DNA of 64,000 bases from contig CAYTBZ010000002.1 of NCBI GenBank assembly GCA_964436275.1, positions 13,660-77,659 on the forward strand, read 5' to 3'. The notes beneath the pieces were generated by a model, which had not been told where the DNA came from, made no database searches, and saw only the letters and a list, made by a program, of their open reading frames with translations. Positions within the stretch are counted from its first letter, which is position 1. The number at the start of each line of letters is the position of its first letter. Shown one piece after another: positions 47,234 through 57,724 of the stretch. Source of the DNA: an uncultured Gammaproteobacteria bacterium (GTDB lineage: Bacteria > Patescibacteriota > Patescibacteriia > UBA2591 > CAYTBZ01). Both the position numbers and the translations under genes were made by a program.

Positions 47234-47902
47234 ATGAAAAAAATTATCTTAATTTTTCTTGTTTTTATCTTAAGCGTTTTTCTTTCAGGATGTCTAAAAC
47301 AAGAAGAATCATCTTTTTCTTTAAATCAAAATAAAATGTTTAAGCAAAAAGAAGAAAACTTAGTTTCCAAAACAAAGAGTGAAGAGAAACCAATTTTATT
47401 TATTCTTGCTCCAAAGAATTTTCGTTGGGAAGAATACTATGAGACAAGAAAAGTTTTAGAAGAAGGAGGAAAAAAAATAGAGATAGCCAGTCTGAATAAG
47501 GGATTTTTGAAAGGGTATCCTCAAGGAGAAGCAAAAGCTGATTTGACTTTAGAAGAAGTTAAGGTAGGGGATTATCAAGCAATCGTTTTTATTGGTGGTA
47601 GTGGAGCAGTAGTTTATCAAGACAATTCTCGCGCTTTAGAAATTGCTCAGGAAGCGGTTAGAGAAAACAAGGTTTTAGCAGCTATCTGTATTGCCCCGAC
47701 TATTTTAGCCAAAGCCGGTGTTTTGAAGGGGAAAAAGGCAACTGTTTGGTCAAGTTCTTTTGACAAGAGTCCTATTAAAATTCTTCAAGAGAACGGTGCT
47801 TTTTATTTAGATGAAAAGGTAGTGAAAGACGGAAAAATTATTACGGCTAATGGGCCGGCAACTGCTTTAGAATTTGGTCAAACAATTTTATCTACTCTTT
47901 AA
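47234..47902 (+). CDS. DJ-1/PfpI family protein with lipoprotein signal peptide
   Basis: Nucleophile elbow AICIAP and an LSGC lipobox. Confidence 0.7.
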   Translation: MKKIILIFLVFILSVFLSGCLKQEESSFSLNQNKMFKQKEENLVSKTKSEEKPILFILAPKNFRWEEYYETRKVLEEGGKKIEIASLNKGFLKGYPQGEAKADLTLEEVKVGDYQAIVFIGGSGAVVYQDNSRALEIAQEAVRENKVLAAICIAPTILAKAGVLKGKKATVWSSSFDKSPIKILQENGAFYLDEKVVKDGKIITANGPATALEFGQTILSTL

Positions 47903-47916
47903 TTAAGAATATTATT

Positions 47917-50235
47917 ATGATGTTTGAAAAGGGTTATCATCACCCCTGGGTTCAACCAGAGTCTTCCAAAGAAGAAAAAGGAGAGAAGAAAAGAGAAGAA
48001 GAAAAAAACAAAAAAGAGGAGGATAGTTTAGATTTTGTCTATAAAGAATTAGAGAGATTAGTTAAAGATAATAGATTAAAGACAGAAAGAGAAGATTTAG
48101 AAAAGAGAACCGGCTTTAAAGCCGAAGATATTTTAGAAAACTTAAAATTATTAAAAGAAAATCCTTCTAAAGAAAAATTGAAGGATATTTCTTTTTTAGA
48201 ATCGTTTAATTTTTTAAATAACCTTCTTTTTATAAGGGAAAATCAAATAAAGACATTAGAAAGAATAGGCGTGGTTTCTAAGATTGATGAAAAGGCATTA
48301 AAAAAATTTCCTCTGCTTAAGAAATATTTGGCTGATTTTCCTAAAATTAAAGAAAAACTTATAGGACAATTAGAGAGTCGCGAGATAAAAATAGAAGAAG
48401 ATGAATCTTTTGAAGAAGTTTTGAAAAAGTTTCCTGAATTAAGACAAGAAATTAAAAAATCATCGGATTTTCAGGAATTGTTAAATATGCCTGTTGGGTT
48501 AAAGCATAATTTAATAGAATTTTTAAAATATAAATTAGAATTGTCAAAATTCTTTAGATTTAAAATAAGAACCAAAAAACTTAGAGAATCTTTAGAGGCG
48601 TTAGAAAAGAAAGCCGGGCTGGATAAAGTTTCTCTTTCAGAAGAATATATAAAAGAATATGAGAAAAAATTAAAAGAAAAGATTGAGAAAAAATCAGCAT
48701 TAATTAAAGAAAAGGAAAAAGAAGAGATAAAGAAAATGGAAGAAACATTAGAGGAAATGAGAAGGATAGAAAAAGAAGGGTTGAGCGAAGAGGAAATTTA
48801 TAAAGTTCTTGAAAGTTTGAGAGAAAAAGAAAAAGAAGAAGAAATCAAAAATCAAAAAAGAAAGGAAGAGCCGGGTTTTAAATGGTCTAAAACTGAAGAA
48901 GGAATTAAAGAAAAGGAAAAAGAAGAAATAAAGAAAATGGAAGAAGCGTTAGGGGAAATGATAAGGAAAGAAAGAAAGGAAATCAAAAGTAAAAAAAGAA
49001 AAGAAGAGGCAGGTTTTAAATTGCCTAAGAAAACTCGTTTTTATCCAAAAAGGAAAGGAAGGGGAGTGAAAACAAGAGAAAATTTAGATTCTCTATATCA
49101 AGAAGAAAATCGGACAAAAAAATTTGAAGCAATTCTAAACAAAGAGAAAATAGAATTTGCCTTGCAGCAAGTTTCTTATGATAAAAAGAAAAAGATTTCC
49201 TATACCAATCTTGACGGTCGCTGTGTTTTAGGAATGCTTAAAAGGGCAAATATAGATATTAGTTCCTTAAAATTTTTACCCCCAGAAGAAATAAAAAACA
49301 AAAAAATTCTTAGTTCAGAATTAGTTTATCAAAAATTGATAGAACTTGGTTATTTATCTAAAGAAAAAGTATTAGATAAAATTATTGACTTGGTTAAGAA
49401 AATCAAAAATGAGAGTTACCCTTATTTTAAAAAACCAGAATTTTGGCAGAATAGTTATCGGACAATTTTGGGCTTAGAGAGATTTATAAAATTTGATGAT
49501 TTATATAAATTTTTTCAAGAAGGAAAAAAGGAAACGGACATCCTCTCTGAAGAAGAATTAAAGAAATTCCATCTACTAAAAGCAAGTCGAGAACAGAAGA
49601 AAAATATTGAACATAATGAGAAAGAATTAGAAAAAATTAAGAAAAATGGTTTTCTTGTTCCTACTCGTTTTGGTGATGTCATCATTGATTTGGGAGGGAA
49701 ATTAAGAGGAGGGCAAATAATGGCTAGGGCTTATGGATATGGCGGATACTGCCTTTATAATCCTCGAAATCAGAGTTATTTTATTCGGATATTTAATAAA
49801 GAAATTGATTTTAAATTAAAGCAAGGTAATTTAATTAAAGAAAAAGGTATTTTAATGAAAGCACCGGATGGAAAGAGATTGAAAGTAAAACTAAGAGATA
49901 TCATTGAAAAATTAACCAGTAAAAAATACGAACCAGAAAAAGAGTTAAAAAAATATTTAGAAGAAGAGAAAAAATTAGATGATTATCTTCAAAAAGAAGA
50001 GAAGAGAATTTATGATATTTCTTCTAATGCGATAAAAAAAGAGAAAACAAAAGATATTTATAAAATAATGGGTATTGTTGACCATTTAGGAAATTCAAAA
50101 GTTGCCTATCTTTTGGAAGGTGAGGAAATAAAAAAGGATATGCTTTATCAAGTAAAAATTGTCTATGATTCCGCTCCGGGTAAAGATAAAGGGTATTGGG
50201 TTTTGGAAATTATAGGTTCAAAAGAAATTAAATGA
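47917..50235 (+). CDS. Large hypothetical K/E-rich coiled-coil protein with internal imperfect 67-aa repeat
   Basis: 772 aa. The repeat IKEKEKEEIKKMEE(T/A)L.EM occurs at about 48703 and 48904. The stop overlaps the pgk start (ATGA). Confidence 0.5.
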   Translation: MMFEKGYHHPWVQPESSKEEKGEKKREEEKNKKEEDSLDFVYKELERLVKDNRLKTEREDLEKRTGFKAEDILENLKLLKENPSKEKLKDISFLESFNFLNNLLFIRENQIKTLERIGVVSKIDEKALKKFPLLKKYLADFPKIKEKLIGQLESREIKIEEDESFEEVLKKFPELRQEIKKSSDFQELLNMPVGLKHNLIEFLKYKLELSKFFRFKIRTKKLRESLEALEKKAGLDKVSLSEEYIKEYEKKLKEKIEKKSALIKEKEKEEIKKMEETLEEMRRIEKEGLSEEEIYKVLESLREKEKEEEIKNQKRKEEPGFKWSKTEEGIKEKEKEEIKKMEEALGEMIRKERKEIKSKKRKEEAGFKLPKKTRFYPKRKGRGVKTRENLDSLYQEENRTKKFEAILNKEKIEFALQQVSYDKKKKISYTNLDGRCVLGMLKRANIDISSLKFLPPEEIKNKKILSSELVYQKLIELGYLSKEKVLDKIIDLVKKIKNESYPYFKKPEFWQNSYRTILGLERFIKFDDLYKFFQEGKKETDILSEEELKKFHLLKASREQKKNIEHNEKELEKIKKNGFLVPTRFGDVIIDLGGKLRGGQIMARAYGYGGYCLYNPRNQSYFIRIFNKEIDFKLKQGNLIKEKGILMKAPDGKRLKVKLRDIIEKLTSKKYEPEKELKKYLEEEKKLDDYLQKEEKRIYDISSNAIKKEKTKDIYKIMGIVDHLGNSKVAYLLEGEEIKKDMLYQVKIVYDSAPGKDKGYWVLEIIGSKEIK

Positions 50236-51401
50236 TAAAAATAAGAACAATAGAAAAAGAAAAAAATTTGTTCGGAAAGACAGTTATTCTTCGCAATGAC
50301 TTTAATCTTCCCTTAAAAAGCGGGCGAATAGTTAGTAATTATAAAATTATCAGGTCTTTAAAGACATTTAATTTTTTATTAAAGAAAAAGACAAAGATAA
50401 TTAGCATAAGCCATTTAGGGCGGCCTCAGGGAAAAAGGGTAGATAAATTAAGTTTAAAGCCGGTTGCTAAAGAATTAAGTCGTTGCTTAAAAAGAAAAGT
50501 TTATTTTATTAATGATTGTTTAGGAGATAAAGTTTTTCAACGGGTGAATCATTTAAAAAGGGGAGACATTTTAGTTCTGGAAAATCTTCGTTTTTATCCA
50601 GGAGAAGAAAAAAATAATAAAATCTTTTCTCGTCAATTGGCTTCTTTGGGCGAAATTTATGTTAATGATGCTTTTGCTGTATCTCATCGTTCTCATGCCT
50701 CTGTAGTCGGGATTACTAAATATCTTCCAAGTTTTGCCGGATTTCTTTTAAAAGAAGAAATTGATAATCTTTCAAAAATTCTTAGACCAAAACATTTTGC
50801 CTTAGCTATTATTGGTGGAGCGAAGATATCTACCAAAATTAAAGTTATTCAAAATTTAGCCAAAAAATTTGATGAAATTTTATTAGGCGGTGCTTTAGCT
50901 AATAATATTTTTTTTGACCGAGGATATTCTATTGGTCGTTCTTTAGTTGAAAAGAATTATTCTTTTAAATTAAATAAAAAAACTTGGGGGAAAATAGTTT
51001 TACCTAAAGATGTTTGGGTGTTAGATAAAAATAGCCATAAGGTTAAGAGAAGAATAGAGGAGGTTAAAGAGAAAGATGTAATCTTAGATATAGGCCCAGA
51101 GACAAAAGAAATTTTCAAAGGAGAAATAAGAAAGGCAAGAACCATTGTTTGGAATGGACCCTTGGGCTATTTTGAAAATAAAAAGTTTGCTCAAGGCACA
51201 AAAGAAATAATAGATGAACTTTTAAAGAACAAAAAAGCCACTGTTGTTATTGGTGGCGGAGAAACAGTGGCTGCTCTTTCTTTGTTTAATTCTTTTAAAT
51301 CAGTTATGCCCAAGCATCTTTTTGTTTCTACTGGTGGAGGAGCAATGCTTGAATTTTTAGAAGGAAAGATTTTGCCCGGTATAAAGCCACTTTGCCTTTA
51401 A
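50232..51401 (+). CDS. pgk: Phosphoglycerate kinase
   Basis: RNDFNLPL N-terminal region and GGGA C-terminal hinge motifs. 389 aa. Confidence 0.9.
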   Translation: MIKIRTIEKEKNLFGKTVILRNDFNLPLKSGRIVSNYKIIRSLKTFNFLLKKKTKIISISHLGRPQGKRVDKLSLKPVAKELSRCLKRKVYFINDCLGDKVFQRVNHLKRGDILVLENLRFYPGEEKNNKIFSRQLASLGEIYVNDAFAVSHRSHASVVGITKYLPSFAGFLLKEEIDNLSKILRPKHFALAIIGGAKISTKIKVIQNLAKKFDEILLGGALANNIFFDRGYSIGRSLVEKNYSFKLNKKTWGKIVLPKDVWVLDKNSHKVKRRIEEVKEKDVILDIGPETKEIFKGEIRKARTIVWNGPLGYFENKKFAQGTKEIIDELLKNKKATVVIGGGETVAALSLFNSFKSVMPKHLFVSTGGGAMLEFLEGKILPGIKPLCL

Positions 51402-52831
51402 TTATTTTTTTGTATTTTCTGTCCATTAGGCGTATCTTCTACTTTCCAACCTAATTCCTCTATTTTTTTTCTTAATTCATCTGATTTTTCCCATTCTTTA
51501 TTTTTTCTTGCCTCTTCTCTTTGTCGGAGAAGTTTTTTTATTTTGTTGGGAATTTTAGTTTTTTCTTTAAGTACTTTTTTGAAATTAAGACCAAGAACTT
51601 CGTCAATTTTCAAGAAGAATTTTTTTACTTCTTTAGCCGACTTTCCTTTTACTCCTAACTTATTTATCTGATGGACAAAATCAAAAATTGAACTTAAAGC
51701 AGGAGAAATATTTAAATCATCATCTAATGACTTTTCAAAATTTTCTTTTGTCTTTTTTATTATTTCTTTTACTAACTTTATCTTTGATTGGCTTTTTTCT
51801 TTTAATTTAGACCATCTCTTTATATTTTTAATAAATTCATCTAATTTTTTTATCGAAAGTTCGGCTCCTTCTAATCCTTGAAAAGTAAAATTTAATTGTT
51901 GCCGGTAATGGGTGCTTAAAAGAAGGTAACGAATAGCCCGCGGCGAATATCCTTTTTTAATAAGGTCTCTTAAAGTATAGAAATTGCCTAAAGATTTAGA
52001 CATTTTTTCTCCTTCAACAATTAAATGTTTTACATGAAGCCAATAATTTACAAATTTTTTTCCTGTGGCTCCTTCTGATTGAGCAATTTCACATTCATGA
52101 TGGGGAAATTTATTATCTTCTCCGCCAGTATGAATATCAAATGTTTCTCCTAAATATTTCATTGACATAGCTGAACATTCTAAGTGCCATCCGGGGTAAC
52201 CATGATTATTCCAGGGACTTTTCCAGAACATAATATGTTTTGGGTCATAGATCCAAAGAGCGAAATCCCAGGGATTTCTCTTTTCTGGATTAACTTCTAC
52301 TCTTTTTCCTGCCTGAAGTTTCTCCAAGGTATTTCCAGAGAGTTGGCCATAATTTTTGAATTTAGTTACATCAAAGTATACTGAACCGTTGACTACATAA
52401 GCATATCCGTTTTTTATAAGTTTTTTTACCAAAGCAATCATTTCTTTGATGTGTTCTGTTGCTCGGGGATATTTCCACGCTTTTTTGATGTTTACTCTTT
52501 TTATATCCTCAAAGAATGCTTGTTCGTAAAACCGAGCAATTTCTTTTGGGCTTTTTTTCTCTATTTTTGCTTCTTTTTCTAATTTATCCTCTCCTCTCTC
52601 AGCATCAGCAACCATATGACCTACATCAGTTATGTTCATTACCTGTTTTACTTTATATCCTTTAAATTCTAAGTATCTTCTTAATAAATCAGCAAAAAGA
52701 AAAGCCCTTAAATTGCCCAAATGAATATAATTATAAACAGTCGGTCCGCAGTTATACATACGAACCTCTTTTTTTCTAATTGGTTTAAAAATTTCTTTTT
52801 TTCTGGTAAGAGAATTAAATAATTTAAGCAT
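51398..52831 (-). CDS. cysS: Cysteinyl-tRNA synthetase
   Basis: CGPTVYNYIHLGN (HIGH) and KMSKSLGN. Confidence 0.93.
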   Translation of the reverse strand: MLKLFNSLTRKKEIFKPIRKKEVRMYNCGPTVYNYIHLGNLRAFLFADLLRRYLEFKGYKVKQVMNITDVGHMVADAERGEDKLEKEAKIEKKSPKEIARFYEQAFFEDIKRVNIKKAWKYPRATEHIKEMIALVKKLIKNGYAYVVNGSVYFDVTKFKNYGQLSGNTLEKLQAGKRVEVNPEKRNPWDFALWIYDPKHIMFWKSPWNNHGYPGWHLECSAMSMKYLGETFDIHTGGEDNKFPHHECEIAQSEGATGKKFVNYWLHVKHLIVEGEKMSKSLGNFYTLRDLIKKGYSPRAIRYLLLSTHYRQQLNFTFQGLEGAELSIKKLDEFIKNIKRWSKLKEKSQSKIKLVKEIIKKTKENFEKSLDDDLNISPALSSIFDFVHQINKLGVKGKSAKEVKKFFLKIDEVLGLNFKKVLKEKTKIPNKIKKLLRQREEARKNKEWEKSDELRKKIEELGWKVEDTPNGQKIQKNN

Positions 52832-52842
52832 TAATAATCAAT

Positions 52843-53769
52843 TTAAATCCATCTTTTCATCTTAAAGAAGATAGCCATAACAATAGTCATTGAACTCATT
52901 ATTAAAATAATATACCAAAAACCATGAGGGTTATTTACCAAAGGAGTAACTACTGTATTCATTCCAAAAATACCGGCAACTAAAGTTAAAGGGAAGACAA
53001 TTACTGAAAAAACGGTTAGAGTTTTCATAATTTCATTTAATCTTAGAGAGACAAGCGATTCATTGGTATTGTAAAGTGCTTCAATGCTTTCTTTATAAGT
53101 TTCTAGGTCGTCCCAGATTTCTTTAAGGTGGGCAATAAGATTATGGAAATAAATATTGATTTGAGCCACAGAAAAAAATTGAGGGGCTTTTTGGAGAAGT
53201 TTTTCAATTACTCCTTTGTGCGCTTGCATTGCCCGACGAAAATTTATGATGTTACGACGAATACTTAAAACATCAATAACCGTCTCTTCGTATCTTCCGT
53301 TAAAAATTTGATTTTCTAAATCATTGATATCTAAACTAATATGATTAAGCATAGGAAAGCAATAATTAAGAAGTCGGTTGAGGATTTCGTAAATAAGAAT
53401 TCCCGGATTGCCAATCAGGTATTTTGCTCTTATTTTCTCGTCTTTACTACATAAATCAATAAATTCTTTCAAAGGCGGAAGCCTATCTTCATGAACTAAA
53501 ATAAGCGTGTTTTCATTTACAAAAATGTCTATTTCTGAGGCCTTGATTTCTTTTTTGCTTCTTTCATAAAAGGGGAATTGGAAGATCATAAAGAGATATT
53601 CTGGATGAGCAACCAATTTTGCTCTTTGAAGAGGAGGAAGACAATCTTTTAAATCAAGTTCATTAAGAAAATGGAATCTTTTTTTAAGATAATTAATCTC
53701 TTTTTTCCGAGGATTTGTTAGAATAACCCAAGTTAAATTTTTGCTTTTAATTTCTTTAATTTTTCTCAT
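52843..53769 (-). CDS. corA: CorA family Mg2+/Co2+ transporter
   Basis: GMN motif (IFGMNTV) and two C-terminal TM helices. Confidence 0.85.
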   Translation of the reverse strand: MRKIKEIKSKNLTWVILTNPRKKEINYLKKRFHFLNELDLKDCLPPLQRAKLVAHPEYLFMIFQFPFYERSKKEIKASEIDIFVNENTLILVHEDRLPPLKEFIDLCSKDEKIRAKYLIGNPGILIYEILNRLLNYCFPMLNHISLDINDLENQIFNGRYEETVIDVLSIRRNIINFRRAMQAHKGVIEKLLQKAPQFFSVAQINIYFHNLIAHLKEIWDDLETYKESIEALYNTNESLVSLRLNEIMKTLTVFSVIVFPLTLVAGIFGMNTVVTPLVNNPHGFWYIILIMSSMTIVMAIFFKMKRWI

Positions 53770-53898
53770 AAAAATTTATTAAATAAAATTTCTCTCAGGA
53801 TTTATTTTTATTATAACACAAAGGGAAATTAAAGAGAATAAGGGAAACTTGCTTTAAATTAGGGGATTTTGTAAGATAAAAAAGATATTAATAATATT

Positions 53899-56800
53899 AT
53901 GAGTGAATTAGAAAAAATAAATTCAGAAGTTCAATCAATTTTGGACCAGCTTAATAAAGAACAAAAAGAAGCGGTTACTCATCAGCATGGTCCTTTATTA
54001 ATTATTGCTGGTGCTGGCACAGGGAAAACAACGGTTATTACACGAAGAATCGCCTGGTTAATTTTATCTGGTTTAGCCGCTTCTGATGAGATTTTAGCAG
54101 TAACTTTTACCGACAAAGCAGCTGGTGAAATGGAGGAAAGAGTAGATAAATTACTCCCTTATGGTTATTTAGATCTATGGATTTCTACTTTTCATTCTTT
54201 TTGTGAAAGAATCCTTCATGACCACGCGATAGAAGTGGGCTTGCCAGATAATTTTAAACTTTTAAATCAAATTGATCAGGCAATGCTTATTAGAGAGAAC
54301 CTTGACCGGTTTGATTTAGATTATTATAAACCATTAGGTAATCCTACTCGTTTTATTCAATCTTTGGTAAAACATTTTTCCCGATGTAAGGATGAAATTG
54401 TAAGTCCTGAAGATTATTTTAAACTTGTTGAGAAAAAAGAACTTTCACAAGATTCCGCTCTCTCCAATGGTTTAATGAAAGAAGAAATTCTTCGTTTAAA
54501 AGAGATTGCCCGTGCTTATCACACTTATCAGCAACTTCTCTTAGAAAACAATGCTTTAGATTTTGGTGATTTAATAAATTATACTTTAAAAAAACTTTTT
54601 CGTGAAAGGCCATTAATTTTAGAAAAGTATCGTCAGAAATTTAAATATATTTTAGTAGATGAATTTCAAGATACTAATTATGCCCAATATGAATTAATTA
54701 AATTATTAAGTCAGCCAAACAATAATTTAACTGTCTGTTTTGATGATGACCAGTCAATTTATAAATTTAGAGGCGCCTCAGTAAGTAATGTTCTTCAATT
54801 TAATAAAGATTTTCCTCAGAGCAAAAAGGTTTGTTTAATTAAAAATTATCGTTCTTATCAAAACATTTTAGATTTAGCTTATAATTTTATCCAATTAAAT
54901 AACCCTAATCGTTTAGAGTGGCAATTGACAAACTCTTCATTAAAAGAAAAAATTAGCAATTTTAGCAAAAGACTTATTGCTCAAAAAGAAGGCAAGGGAG
55001 AGATTAAAGTTTTTCATTTAAAAACTCAAGAAGAAGAAGCAGAGAAAGTTGCTGAAAAAATTATTGAATTAAAAAATAAGGATAAAGAAGCTAGTTGGAA
55101 TGATTTTACCGTCTTAGTTAGGGCTAATAATTATGCTGATGTTTTTATCCAAGCATTTTCAAAAGTAGGAATTCCTTATCAATTTCTTGCCTCAGTTGGC
55201 CTTTATAAAAAACCAGTTATTTTAGATATATTAGCTTATTTAAAATTGTTGGATAATTATCACGAAAGCGCTGCCCTTTATCGAATTTTAAATTCTCCAG
55301 TTTTTGCCTTAAAGCAACAAGATTTAAGCAGTTTAAGTTATTGGGCTAATCGCAAAGGTTGGTCATTGTATGAGACCTTAGAAAAATCTAATTCTCTTCA
55401 AGGAATTTCTTCAGATGGACTTAATAAAATTAATCGTCTCTTAGGTTTAATTCAAAAGCATAGTCAGCAGGCAAGAGAAGAAAATGTTGGTCGGGTTATT
55501 CTTTCTTTTTTAGAAGATTCTGGTTATTTAAAACTACTCTCTCGAGCCGAGAGTCAGGAAATGGTTGATAATATTGACTGGCTTAATCAGTTCTTCAAAA
55601 AGGTAGAAGAATTTGAAAGAACAAGTGAAGATAAATCATTAAAAAGTTTTCAAGAAATGATTGAATTGGCTAGAGATGCTGGTGATTTAGGGACAATGAA
55701 GCCATCTTTAGCAGAAGAAGGACCGGAAACAGTGAAAATACTTACTATACATGGGGCTAAGGGATTAGAATTTAAATATGTTTTTGTTGTAAGTTTAGTT
55801 GACCGGCGTTTTCCCAGTATAGAAAGAAAGGAGCAAATTGAATTACCTGAGGAGTTGATAAAAGAAATTGTTCCTGAAGGAGATATCCATCTTCAGGAAG
55901 AAAGACGTTTGTTTTATGTAGCAATGACACGAGCTAAAGATGGTTTATTCTTTACTTGGGCTGACGATTATGGGGGCGTTCGCAAAAAAAGACCTTCTCG
56001 TTTTCTAATGGAATTGGGATTAGTTGAAAAGAAAGAAGGGGAAGAAATAAAAGAAAAAGAAGAAAAAAAAGAGAAAATTTCTTTAGTAGAAGAGTTTAGA
56101 AGAAGAAAGAGTTATTTTACTAGTCCTTGGCTTAATAACAAGGATTGGCTTTTAAAACTGCCGGCAAAATTTAGTTTTACCCAATTGAAGGCCTTTGAAA
56201 CCTGTCCTTTACAATATAAATTTCAGCATATTCTTCATATTCCTGTTAGAGGAAAATGGACCTTTAGTTTTGGTAAATCAATGCACGCTACTCTCCAAAA
56301 ATTTTTTCAGAGAATAATGGAAGCGAGTAGGAAGAAACAAGTAAATTTATTTAATGAGAAAGAAGAACAAACTACCCCTAACTCTTTAGAGAAAATACCT
56401 GTTTCTTTGGAAGAACTCTTAAAAATTTATGAGGAAAGCTGGATAGAAGATTGGTATTTAGATAAAGAACATCAGAAGAAATATCAAGATAAAGGAAGGA
56501 AAATCTTAAAGGAGTTTTATAAAAAATTGGAAAAAGAAGGTTTGCCAAAAGTAAGGTTTCTTGAATTAGGTTTTAATTTTAAATTAGGAGATTATACTAT
56601 TAAAGGAGTAATGGACAGGGTAGATGAACTTTCTCCCGGTCAGTTAGAAATTATTGATTACAAAACTGGTCAAAGTAAGGCAGGAAAGACCTTGTCTTTA
56701 GATGATAAAGAACAATTATTAATTTACCAAATGGCTGCTGAGGAAATTTTTCGGGAAAAGCCAGTAAAATTAACTTTTTATTATTTAGATGATAATAACT

Positions 56801-56961
56801 CTGTTTCTTTTTTAGGAAAAAAAGAAGAAATAGAAGCGCTTAAAAAGAAGATTATTAAAACAATTGAAGAGATAAAAAAAGGCGAGTTTTCTCCTTCTCC
56901 TAGTCCTTTTAAGTGTAAACATTGTGATTTTAAAGATATTTGTGAATTTCGAGCTATTTAA
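53899..56961 (+). CDS. UvrD/PcrA-like superfamily-1 helicase fused to a C-terminal Cas4/AddB-type PD-(D/E)XK nuclease with 4-Cys Fe-S cluster
   Basis: Helicase motif I AGAGTGKT and further SF1 motifs. The C-terminus has ...TCPLQYKF..., GVMDRVDE...EIIDYKTG and CKHCDFKDIC. Confidence 0.8.
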   Translation: MSELEKINSEVQSILDQLNKEQKEAVTHQHGPLLIIAGAGTGKTTVITRRIAWLILSGLAASDEILAVTFTDKAAGEMEERVDKLLPYGYLDLWISTFHSFCERILHDHAIEVGLPDNFKLLNQIDQAMLIRENLDRFDLDYYKPLGNPTRFIQSLVKHFSRCKDEIVSPEDYFKLVEKKELSQDSALSNGLMKEEILRLKEIARAYHTYQQLLLENNALDFGDLINYTLKKLFRERPLILEKYRQKFKYILVDEFQDTNYAQYELIKLLSQPNNNLTVCFDDDQSIYKFRGASVSNVLQFNKDFPQSKKVCLIKNYRSYQNILDLAYNFIQLNNPNRLEWQLTNSSLKEKISNFSKRLIAQKEGKGEIKVFHLKTQEEEAEKVAEKIIELKNKDKEASWNDFTVLVRANNYADVFIQAFSKVGIPYQFLASVGLYKKPVILDILAYLKLLDNYHESAALYRILNSPVFALKQQDLSSLSYWANRKGWSLYETLEKSNSLQGISSDGLNKINRLLGLIQKHSQQAREENVGRVILSFLEDSGYLKLLSRAESQEMVDNIDWLNQFFKKVEEFERTSEDKSLKSFQEMIELARDAGDLGTMKPSLAEEGPETVKILTIHGAKGLEFKYVFVVSLVDRRFPSIERKEQIELPEELIKEIVPEGDIHLQEERRLFYVAMTRAKDGLFFTWADDYGGVRKKRPSRFLMELGLVEKKEGEEIKEKEEKKEKISLVEEFRRRKSYFTSPWLNNKDWLLKLPAKFSFTQLKAFETCPLQYKFQHILHIPVRGKWTFSFGKSMHATLQKFFQRIMEASRKKQVNLFNEKEEQTTPNSLEKIPVSLEELLKIYEESWIEDWYLDKEHQKKYQDKGRKILKEFYKKLEKEGLPKVRFLELGFNFKLGDYTIKGVMDRVDELSPGQLEIIDYKTGQSKAGKTLSLDDKEQLLIYQMAAEEIFREKPVKLTFYYLDDNNSVSFLGKKEEIEALKKKIIKTIEEIKKGEFSPSPSPFKCKHCDFKDICEFRAI

Positions 56962-56971
56962 TATAAAATAA

Positions 56972-57265
56972 ATGTTTAGGTCAATAAAAGAAATTTTGCC
57001 TCGCTCTTTAAAAAGGGCGAAAATTCAGAATAAAATCCAAGCAGGTTTGGCTCTAGCTAAGTTTAGGCAAATAGTGGAGGATAATTTTGGCGCAGAAACA
57101 AAAAGTAAGTTTAAACCGCTTTACCTTAAAGACGGCTTTTTAGTTATTGCTTGTTTAGAAGATAATCTGGTTAGAAAAATAAAAAAGAGAGAGAAGGAGA
57201 TTATAAACAAAATAAATGAACAGATAAATAGCGACCTAGTTAAAAAATTAAAATTTTTAAATTGA
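56972..57265 (+). CDS. DUF721/DciA-like protein (possible ancestral helicase loader)
   Basis: 97 aa. The sequence LPRSLKRAKIQNKIQAGLALAKFRQIV...YLKDGFLVIACLEDNLVRKIKK matches the DUF721 pattern. Confidence 0.45.
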   Translation: MFRSIKEILPRSLKRAKIQNKIQAGLALAKFRQIVEDNFGAETKSKFKPLYLKDGFLVIACLEDNLVRKIKKREKEIINKINEQINSDLVKKLKFLN

Positions 57266-57329
57266 GATTTTAGAAAAAATTTGTTATGATTATATAAAAT
57301 TGGATTCTTATTAAATTTAAAGAAGGTTT

Positions 57330-57719
57330 ATGAGTTTAAAGCAGTATTTAACTTTAATGAGTATAGCTTTTATTCTTTGCTGGCTTTCTTTTTTTATGGT
57401 AATTTTTTTCATAAACCCTCAGGAGGCTGGCTTTCTTGGTTTTTTTCTCTTCTATTTAAGTTTATTTCTTGCTTTAACTGATACTTTTGCTTTGGCTGGG
57501 TTTTTTCTGAGAATATGGCTTTTAGACAGGCCAATTTTTACTCAAGTAATTGTTTCTTTTCGGCAAGCGATTTGGTTTTCTCTTTTTGTTGTTTTTTGTC
57601 TCATTTTACAAAGTAAAAGATTATTGAATTTATGGGTTATTATTCTTTTAATTTTATTTCTTTCTTTTATTGAATCTCTTTTTAAACAAAGAAATCAGTT
57701 GAAAGGGAAAAAGGGTTAA
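57330..57719 (+). CDS. Hypothetical membrane protein
   Basis: 129 aa with 4 predicted TM helices. Confidence 0.45.
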   Translation: MSLKQYLTLMSIAFILCWLSFFMVIFFINPQEAGFLGFFLFYLSLFLALTDTFALAGFFLRIWLLDRPIFTQVIVSFRQAIWFSLFVVFCLILQSKRLLNLWVIILLILFLSFIESLFKQRNQLKGKKG

Positions 57720-57724
57720 TTTTT

